Shown here one piece after another: positions 8,611-17,759 of a stretch of DNA of 20,000 nucleotides (the stretch's first letter is position 1; the number at the start of each line of letters is the position of its first letter). The notes below the pieces were generated by a model, which was given only the letters and a program-made list of their open reading frames with translations, made no database searches and was not told where the DNA came from. A program made the position numbers and the translations under genes. The DNA comes from Trichinella spiralis (taxonomy: Eukaryota): positions 487,554 through 507,553 of the forward strand of contig NW_003526948.1 of NCBI RefSeq assembly GCF_000181795.1, given 5' to 3'.

Positions 8611-10711
8611 ATGGTTGTGGATACAGTTCTTTATGATGTATTAAAAGTTCGCCCTAATGCAACCGATGCAGAAATTAAAAAAGTGACATGAATGACTCAT
8701 AAAGTTTATTCTTAAAATTTGTTTTTTTAATGAATAGGCATACCACCAGCTTGCACGAGAATTCCATCCAGACAAAAATCCTCATCATGGCGATAAAGTT
8801 AGAATTGAACGCTTAATGAACTGCTATATGAAATTGTTTTTTTTAGTTCAAAGAAATTAGTTTTGCTTATGAGGTTCTTTCTGATAGAAGCAAGCGTGCG
8901 TTATATGACATGCAGGGAATTGAAGGATTGAAAGGCGGCGGAGATGATGGTGAAGCAGTTTGATTGATAGAAAAATGCGCAGCATTGTCTACTGAATTTT
9001 CTGTTTTCTGCAGGCGATTCGATGTTTTCTGAAGATTTGATGTCGCACCTCTTTGGAAGTGGTATTTTTGGAACCATGTTTGGTGGTGGAGGAAAATTAG
9101 GAAAAGAACGACGACGTAATCGTACAGAAGAAATCGTATATCCCCTACGGTATTTTTTAAAATTTATTATTGAATACAGGATAATGTAATGATAATTTAT
9201 GATAATTATTTGATATGAAATACTGTAATCTGTTAATTGTTGATTTGTTAATTTGATTATTATTTTGAATATTGTGTTAGTGAAGTAATTTATTGAATTA
9301 TTGAAGAAACTGTTGTTGAATGATGTTTACTTTGAATTGAAGTGTTTCATTGGAAGATCTGTACCGAGGCAAGGTGAGCAAGCTGCAGTTGAACAGAAAT
9401 AAAATTTGTGCAAAATGCAATGGGTAAGACGCAGTAGAAGATCGAAAAAGAAATCGATTATTTTCATAATTACAATTGTAGTCTTGGCGGTAAGGTGAAC
9501 TCCGCGATTCCATGTAGCGAATGCCAAGGACGTGGTGTGAAGGTTACAGTGCATCAGTTAGCCCCAGGTGTGATGCAGCAGGTGCGTAGTTCGTGTCCGG
9601 AATGCAAAGGAGAGCGTACGTAATTATCATTAAAAAAATTTTTAATATATTTGAAATAATATTTAACACTTGTTCAGGGGTTGTGATTCCGCCGAAAGAT
9701 CGATGCACAGAGTGCAGAGGCAAAAAAACGGTGAAAGAGACGAAAATATTAGAAGTTCATGTTAAGCCTGGGATGTGGAATGGTCAGAAGGTTATTTTTT
9801 ACGGTGAAGGAGATCATTTGGTACGTTATTCAACTTTGTTTTTATCTTTTATCATTTTAACATGGAACATGATTTGCTTTGAAGATGGACTAAACAATGT
9901 TTTGTTCAAAAATAATTTTTTATTTTGATTTTCAGCCTAGCTATGAACCTGGAAATGTGATCATTGTCATTCAAGAGAAAGAGCATGAACAGTTTATTCG
10001 AGACAAGGACAATCTTTTGATTAAGCGGAAGATTAATTTATCAGAAGCGTTGTGCGGCTATAAGTTTTTGCTACGTCATTTGGATGGGCGAAATTTATTG
10101 ATAACAACTTCACCTGGTGACGTGCTCAGTCATGGTATATACCATAAATAAAGTTTTTTATTCTTTTTTTAAAGTACTGCTATTTAATGATTTACAAGAA
10201 TAATTTATCTTAATTTGAGGATCAACACGATGCATTTGGGGCGAAGGCATGCCCAGATATCATAATTCAGATTTTAAAGGCAATTTATACATTAAATTTA
10301 TTGTTGAATTTCCATCATCGCATTTCACGTCTGAAATTCATTTGAAGGTAAGCAGTGATAAAGTTGTCAGTATAATGCAACAATGGAAGATAAGGTTTCG
10401 CATTGCATGACTGGTGATTATAGGAAATTGAAAAGTGTTTACCACGTTCTTCAACTCACTGTAAGGTAAGTCGTGATGTGGAAGAAGTCGATCTGTTGCC
10501 GTTTGAAGAACGTTACGCAGCTGCACCAGGTAAAATGAACTTTTTGAATGCAACGGAAATCAGTTGTTTATTTCACTAAAAGCATGCATTTTGGAAGTGA
10601 TAAATGTTGAATATTTTACTAGGAGGCGAAAATCGTGGAGAAGCATATAATACTGATGACGAACCGTCGGATGAAGGTCGGTCAGCACGTGTGCAGTGCC
10701 CTCATCAGTAG
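8611..10711 (+). CDS. DNAJA2: Class A J-domain protein (Hsp40), DNAJA2-like, 11 exons, ~416 aa
   Basis: Exons 8611-8682, 8738-8797, 8847-8949, 9014-9149, 9343-9423, 9482-9615, 9678-9820, 9936-10134, 10220-10347, 10424-10529, 10623-10711 (1251 nt in frame). J-domain with HPD ([21 protein letters not shown]), G/F region, four CxxCxG zinc repeats (CAKCNG, CSECQG, CPECKG, CTECRG), LSEALCG, GEGMP, and C-terminal CaaX-like VQCPHQ*. Confidence 0.95.
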
Positions 10712-11663
10712 AATTTTGTTCATTGGCAATGCAAGAAAGTTTTGCTGCAAATACTGCTTAAGAATAATAATATTTCTGAAATAATATGAATTACTATTAA
10801 TATTGTTTAATTGATTATGATCAACTGTTAAAAATTAATAGATTAGTTATTCAAATTCACCATGGGAGTACTAACGTAAGCGAAACTTTGATTTAACGAT
10901 GGTTCTCATTTTTATTCTTCATCCTTTTTTTTCTTGGTACATCACATGCGATCTTATCAACAGTGTCAAGTGATGTTTGCATTTGCATTACAGTTTGTTT
11001 GTTTTTTCTTAGTGCGTTTTCTTATATTATGCACTTTTCTGAATACATTGCTTCGTCGACAGATCATTTTTCAACTGACGACGGTTCCTCTACGCTGGAT
11101 GTTGAAAATGATGATAAACAGAAAAGGTTTAAATACGAAGTTTTATTATTAGCAAGATAAACGATCCAGTGTGAAGTCAGATGAGAAATCAGTTGCCGCC
11201 AACATTTGCCAGAGTTTGTATGTGCGCAAAACAAGCATATGCATATTCATATGCGTTATGTTTGTATATTTCATTTACCTAAGCAGGCAAACTGTGGAAG
11301 TATATTGCTGCCCAATTCACAATAATCTCTGCGCACATTCTGTTTCGTTTGACAGAATGTTTCGAGAATAGCGAAGCAACAAACCTGCTGGTTTGGGCTA
11401 TTGGGAAGCGCGGTGGTATTTTTTAAAATCTTACCTCATTCATTTTTCAGGGACGCAGTAAGCATTTATGAAATGCTTGTTGGTAAGAGGTGGTTTTGTT
11501 CCATTGAAAGTGTTAACTGAAATAAAAATTTATTCCAACTGGAAGTTGCACTTTTGTAGACGAGATCGTTGAATATATTACGATAGCATTTTTGAAAAAA
11601 AATATTATTTTGGTTGAATCGCTTTTTTTGAACATAATTGTATCATTTGACTAGCTTGAGAAG

Positions 11664-12063
11664 ATGGAAAGTAGTGCCAAGTTGATGCATTTTGATGCAC
11701 CCGATGTTACACTTAAAATATTTCAAGAGAATCGAGCTCGTTTATTGCGAGAATTGAAAAAAGTTGTTACAAACCCAGCCACATTTATTCTTATGGAAGG
11801 TGGCAAAGTGGTCAACCATCATACCACAGATTTGGTTGAAGGCGACTCGATGGTGTTTCGTCAGGTATTTTTTCCCCTTTTACTTATTTAATGACAAAAT
11901 GCTGTTCTTCTTTTTATAGGAATCGTATTTTTTCTGGACATTTGGTGTCAAAGAGCCTGGCTTTTATGGTGCGATCAGCGTTCAGACTGGTGAAACTTAC
12001 CTATTCGCTCCTGAAGTTGAATCAAGACGCTCTATCTGGCTTGGAAAGTAAAGCACAGTTGGA

Positions 12064-12097
<34 letters not shown>

Positions 12098-14430
12098 TAA
12101 GAGTTTATTTCTTACAGCAGTTTTTATTAATTCATTTGATGACGTTGATCTTGTGCAAGTGTCCAATTACAAATATAATATTGCAGTTGAGCGTTCTGTT
12201 TTGTGTAATTAGCGATAAGTTTGTTTGATGATCATCAGAATTGTTCTACGTCAATAGATTGTTAAATGCTTTGCCAAAAAGTTTACCATTTTTTAAAACT
12301 GTATCTGTGTTAAATTTCAGTGAAAAACAACTGATGAATACAAGTGCGAAACTGCTAAGAACGAAGAATGCTTTTTTCTTTTTCTCGTTATAATGCAAAA
12401 TGTTCATTTAATTCCCAGTGAATTTCATGTTCACGTTATTGAAACACTGAAATGAGAATTCATTTAGCATTTAATTTTTCTTTTTCAGAATTCCGTCGCT
12501 TGAAGAAACTAAACGACAGTACGGTGTGACAGAGGTGTTTTATGATGATAGAGTATATATTATTTACTGATTAATCAGTAATTATTCACTTTTGATTACT
12601 TTTGTTGCAGATTGCAGAAAAACTATCAACGCTTGGATGTCTAAGCGTGCTGACTTTGGTATTTTGTTTAAGCATTTGATTTGGGTAATAATTAAGTTTA
12701 GCATGATTGGAAATTTAGACTGGCCAGAACACTGATTCTGAACTGGATTTAGTGGAACCCGACGTCAATCTTACTAGGTTAATTTGAAGCAAATGTTAAA
12801 GATGTTTATTTTTCATTTTTTTATTTTTAGATTTCATGTCAACAATAAGATATTGTATCCAATTATCACCGAATGGTATGTTTGGTGGTCAATATTTATA
12901 CGTTGCTTCTGTGCAATGCATTTATTATTATAGTCGTGTTTTCAAAACGGATAGAGAATTGGAATTTATCCGTTATGCTTGCAAAGTCACATGCCAAGCG
13001 CACATTCAAGTTCGTTTTCTTTTCTTCTCTTTTTTTGTTTTGCCTTAACAGTTATAAACTTATCTATCTATTCAAACAGACAATGTGCTGTTGCGAAGTT
13101 GATATGTCAGAACTTCAGTTGGAAAGGTGCATATTTTATTTTACAGATAGCTAGTGTTTGTTCAACTTTTTTTGAACAAATAATAGTAATCATAAATTTT
13201 GTTTTCTAGCTTGTTTCGATTTTTTGCGTCTTTTTACGGAAAATGTCGACACATTGCATACACATGCATTGCAGCAAGGTTATTTGTTGTTATTAATTAT
13301 AATGAACTTTAATCTTTTAATTTTTGAGTTAAAACATTATTCGTGTTTTTGTTCACATATTAATATTCTTTTTCAGTGGTCCGAATGCCGCAATTTTGCA
13401 CTACGGTCACGCGGGGAAACCGAACGATCGTATTATGAAAATAGGCGATTTGTGTGTGATGGATATGGGTGCAGAATTTTCGTCTTATGCTTCCGATGTG
13501 ACCAGTACGTTTCCTATCAGTGGACAGTTTCTGCCAAAACAGTGCAAAATTTATGAAGCTGTTTTGGATGCTAACAGAGCGATTATTAGCAAAGCAAAAC
13601 CAGGTAAATCGAATTCGTCAATTCTATTTTGATGTTGTTTTTTTCTGCAAACATTGCACACATTATGGTTTTCAGAGGAGTCTTGGATTGTGTTGCATAT
13701 GACAGCTCAAAAGATCATTCTGAAACATCTTATTCAAGCTGGGTTGTTGCAAGGCGACCTGGAGAGTATGATTGACGTTAGTGTTGGTTCGGTGTTCATG
13801 CCACACGGAGTGGGTCACTTTTTGGGTCTTGACGTTCATGATGTCGGAGGATATTTGAAGGTGATATGATTTGGACTCATTTACACCAACCATTGTTAAA
13901 TAGCAATTTTTGCGTTGTTTCAATTTCAGGGTGTGAGGAGTTTCGAAGATAAGAAATATTCCATTTTGCGCACTACTCGAGTTTTGAAACCGCGCATGGT
14001 GATCACTGTCGAGCCTGGCTGCTATTTTATCGAAACTGTAATATGACAGTTGTGATAATCAATACTTTTTGCAGTTTTTTTATTTTGCTGTTTAAAATGG
14101 AAAAGAGGGAATTATTTTTGATGAAATTTTAGTTAATTAATCAAGCGCTGAGTGACCGTGTGAAATCAGAATATTTGGTGAAAAGTGTTATCGATGACTA
14201 TCGTGAACTAGTTGGCGGAGTGTGTTTTCAACTTTTGCTTTTGCAATTTTAATATCATTTGTACTTTGATGAGAAATTTTTTTTCGTAGGTTCGAATTGA
14301 AGACGTTATTTTGATAACAGAAGATGGATGTGAAAATCTGACTCCGCTTCCGAGAACTGTTGAAGAGATTCAAGCTTGTGTGGGCTCGAAAAAAGTTATT
14401 CCGTTAGCAGGAGATTCTGCGGAAACTTAA
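11664..14430 (+). CDS. PEPD: Xaa-Pro dipeptidase (prolidase, peptidase M24B), 14 exons, ~494 aa
   Basis: Exons 11664-11864, 11920-12047, 12489-12552, 12611-12658, 12719-12777, 12831-12875, 12934-13009, 13080-13126, 13210-13278, 13377-13603, 13676-13860, 13930-14037, 14133-14219, 14290-14430 (1485 nt in frame). Motifs [35 protein letters not shown]; metal ligands in [37 protein letters not shown]. An upstream mini-exon (11468-11482) may extend the N-terminus. Confidence 0.95.
12065..12097. repeat. (ATT)11 microsatellite in PEPD intron 2
   Basis: Perfect ATT repeat read directly; it explains the poly-Ile tail of the spurious ORF 11891..12100. Confidence 0.95.
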
Positions 14431-15315
14431 TTGCAAGCTAGGGCATGCTGTTTATTTTTCTTCCGAAGTATGTTCAACAAATTTTTTCTGTGACTGTTAT
14501 AAATTTGATCGCTCATTTTTGCTTCTGTTTCTGAGCAGATTTTTCTTTTATTTCAGTATTTTGATAATATTCATGTTTCAGCAGCATTATTGTATGATTT
14601 GTCTGTTGAAATTTATCGAATCTGATTCATAGAAATAGTACATATTCTTCGGTGTTTAATGGAATTTTTTTACTGAAATCAGTACAGTCCAGTTGATGCT
14701 GAAATCTTAAAGTGAGAAGTGTGAAAATATTACAAAAATATTTGAAAATAAAGTTCAATACAGTAGAAGTGAATATTGACTATTTTGAATTTATCGTAAT
14801 CTTCAGAATTGATAAAACAGGATATTCAAAAACATACTGGTTGATCTTGTGTATTTAAATGATGCAATTCTTTTTTATAAATTCGAGAAAAAACTGAAGA
14901 TTTAAAAAACGTAAAATTCATATATAAATTGAGAATTGCATATAGTAGAATAAATCAAATTAATGAAAAATATCTCAACAAAATTTAAAATATAAATTGC
15001 ATATATAATAATTAACAGAATTCTTAATAATTTTTAAATTAGTAAACTTTAAAAAATTTAAATCGGATTACAGTAAGAAATATGCAAAATATCATGGGCT
15101 AATAAATTTAATAAAAGTAGCATAGAATTCTGTTGAAAGATATATTTAAAGTTTAAATAACCAATAAAGCATGAAATTTTAAACATTTCAGAAGCATAAG
15201 GTCACTTTAAAATTTGTACTTGCATTATCTTATTTATACGGTATGTTGAATTTTGTTAAGTTTTTGTCACAGGTTGTTAACAGCAACTGTTGCTTCGATC
15301 TTTCTCTTTCCGATT

Positions 15316-17759
15316 ATGACTTCACCATCTGAACAAGAAGACGTTCACCGACAAGCAGATTTATCTTTGTCTTCATTTGAGGCAAGGCATCGCCCTGTTG
15401 TAAGTTGACACCTTAATTCAGTAGTAGTATGAATTTCAAATATCTAATATATGATAGATTTTTTATGAATTAAAATACTTAATGAAATATATGGTTTTTT
15501 GCGTTAAATTATTAGAATTGTGAACTCTAAAATAAAATTTTCCACCTTAGACATTGCGCAACATAATGCATGTGTCGGTGGGCGCAGTTTACTGTTTCTA
15601 TTTTCTTTGAAAAATTACATTTATGCGACCTTTTTTATAATTATAAACATTATTTTACCATTTTATTTTATTCAGTTTATATGATTTTTTCATCAGAATG
15701 TTTACTTTTGTAAATTCAATGGGGAAAGTTATTATTTTTTTATCTGTATGGAAGTTGTCTCATTTGAATTACTACAATTTCTAGATGCTGTTATAAATTA
15801 AAGCTGAAGTGAAGAATAAAATGAATAGGTTTTTAATTATGTAACCTTACTTAAAAACATTTACTTCATGAAGCATGTGTACTGATAGCGATGTTGTAAA
15901 TTACATCTTAATTTTTTAGGACCACTATGATGAAAACGAATCATGGATGAAAGTAGTTGCTTCTGCCATTTCGAAAGCTTGGTATCGCACTGTGGATTTC
16001 ATATTTGCTGCATTGAATACTTTCAAGCCACGGAAACAGGTGCCCGCCATTGAAGATTCACTGTTGTTGAAAAGCGCGACTGATTTAGCTTCTTGCATTC
16101 GTACTGGAACCGTCAGTGTTTAGCATTCAGTTTATAATGCTTTTTATTCAGCTTTTATTTTTTATGATTCAAACTTTTAGTTGACATCAGAATCAGTTGT
16201 AACAGCTTACATACGCCGTATATATGAAATCAATCCGTTTCTTAATGTGATGGTGCAGCAACGTTTTGCGAACGCGTTAATGGAAGCTCGTAAGATTGAT
16301 GATATGATTAAGCAACATCACATACCAAATAAGGATGTTAAACCATTGCTGGGAGTTCCTATTACTGTAAAGGAGAGCATCGCTGTTGAAGGTAAAGTGA
16401 TTTTTCTTTCATAATGAAATGAACGTAAATTTGTAAAGGTATGTGCACAACGTATGGGTTGGCTGTGCGCTCTGGTGAGATATCGGAACAAGATTCTGAT
16501 GTTGTTGCGGCGTTGAAAAACGCAGGAGCGATTTTGTTGGCTACTACCAATGTGAGCGAGGCTTGCATGTGGTGGGAGTCTTACAATCCAGTGTACGGAT
16601 TAAGCAGAAATCCGTATGATGTTCGACGTACCGTTGGAGGCAGTTCAGGTGGTGAAGCTGCGCTTGTTGGGGCTGCTGGTTCTGTGATCGGCGTGGGATC
16701 TGATATTGGTGGCAGTATTCGTATTCCTTCAGCATTTTGTGGAGTGTTTGGGCACAAACCATCGAAAGGTGTTGTGTCTAGCAAAGGTTGCAAACCAGAC
16801 GCTGTTGGTTCTCGAGCGGATATGAATTGCGTCGGACCAATTTGCCGATATGCGGAAGATCTGGTGATGATGCTTTCCATTATGATAAAACCGGAGTACT
16901 ATTCTGTACTTAAACTGCACAAGAAGGTTTGCAGTCAGTTTAAATAAATATATATATATATATTGGAAAGAGAAAATTTTTTTTTTCTTATTTCATTCAG
17001 GTGAACATGAATGAGGTGAAAGTATTTTACTTCGAAGAAATATTGGACTCATCCATTTATCCGTTATCTCCAAGTTGTCGTGATGCACTGAGAACAGTAG
17101 TGTTGCATTTAGAATCGGAATTCAATGTGACAGCCGAAGAAGCAAAACTGCCAGCTTTTCACCAAGCAATGGAGCTGTGGTTTAATGAAATGTACATCCC
17201 AGATGCATCATTTCAGAATGGTACTTGTAAACTGTTATACTGATGATGATGATGATGAAATAATTTTAAATTGTATTTTTTTCTGTGTTTATTTACAGTT
17301 TTGACTGATGGACAGTTTCAGTTTAACATCGAATTAGAAATGCTTAAGTGGTTCTTTTGCTTGAGCAAATTTACATTACCATCATTGGGATTGGCAATGA
17401 TTGAGAAGTATGGTGCTTTTTTTAATGCTTTCCGTGACAAAGATATGTGGCATGAAACCGGAAGAAAAGCTTACCGACAATTTGAAGATCTACTTGGCGA
17501 AAATGGTGTGTTAATAATGCCATCTCATCCAACAACCGCTCCCTACCATTACCAGCCGTTACTTATGCCACTTAATTTTGCCTACACTGCCGTGTTGAAT
17601 GTTCTCGGGGTACCCGTAACAGCATGTCCAATTGGTACTGATGAAAATGGCATGCCTATCAGTGTGCAAATTGCCGCCATTGTCAATAACGACCGACTTT
17701 GTTTGGCTGTTGCTCAGGAATTAGCTAGAAAATTTAAGGGATGGAGTAAACCGCAGTAA
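15316..17759 (+). CDS. FAAH2: Amidase-signature family enzyme, fatty-acid amide hydrolase 2-like, 6 exons, ~551 aa
   Basis: Exons 15316-15399 (least certain), 15920-16111, 16181-16391, 16439-16926, 17001-17220, 17299-17759 (1656 nt in frame). Motifs LLLKSATDLA..IR.G.LTSESVV.AYI.RI.EINP.LN, PLLGVPITVKES (catalytic Lys), TTNVSE, NPYD.RRTVGGSSGGEAA, GSDIGGSIRIPSAFCGVFGHKP (Ser-cisSer-Lys triad intact), N.LGVPVT.CP.G...GMP..VQ. Confidence 0.9.
16948..16963. repeat. (AT)8 microsatellite in amidase intron 4
   Basis: Read directly from the sequence. Confidence 0.85.
17241..17258. repeat. (TGA)6 microsatellite in amidase intron 5
   Basis: Read directly from the sequence. Confidence 0.85.

Noticed and set aside
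10934..11371. Plus-strand short ORFs between DNAJA and PEPD, one with a hydrophobic N-terminus
   Set aside because: No motif support; the hydrophobicity reflects T-rich DNA and some starts are non-ATG.
12130..12455. Possible C/D-box snoRNA in the long PEPD intron 2 (TGATGA at 12137 and 12332; CTGA at 12331 and ~12446)
   Set aside because: No terminal stem and no rRNA-complementary guide that I could recognise; these short motifs are expected by chance in AT-rich DNA.
16362..16920. Minus-strand ORFs overlapping the amidase, including a Pro/Thr-rich 99-aa one
   Set aside because: Antisense to Gly-rich amidase exons; the composition is explained by the sense codons.
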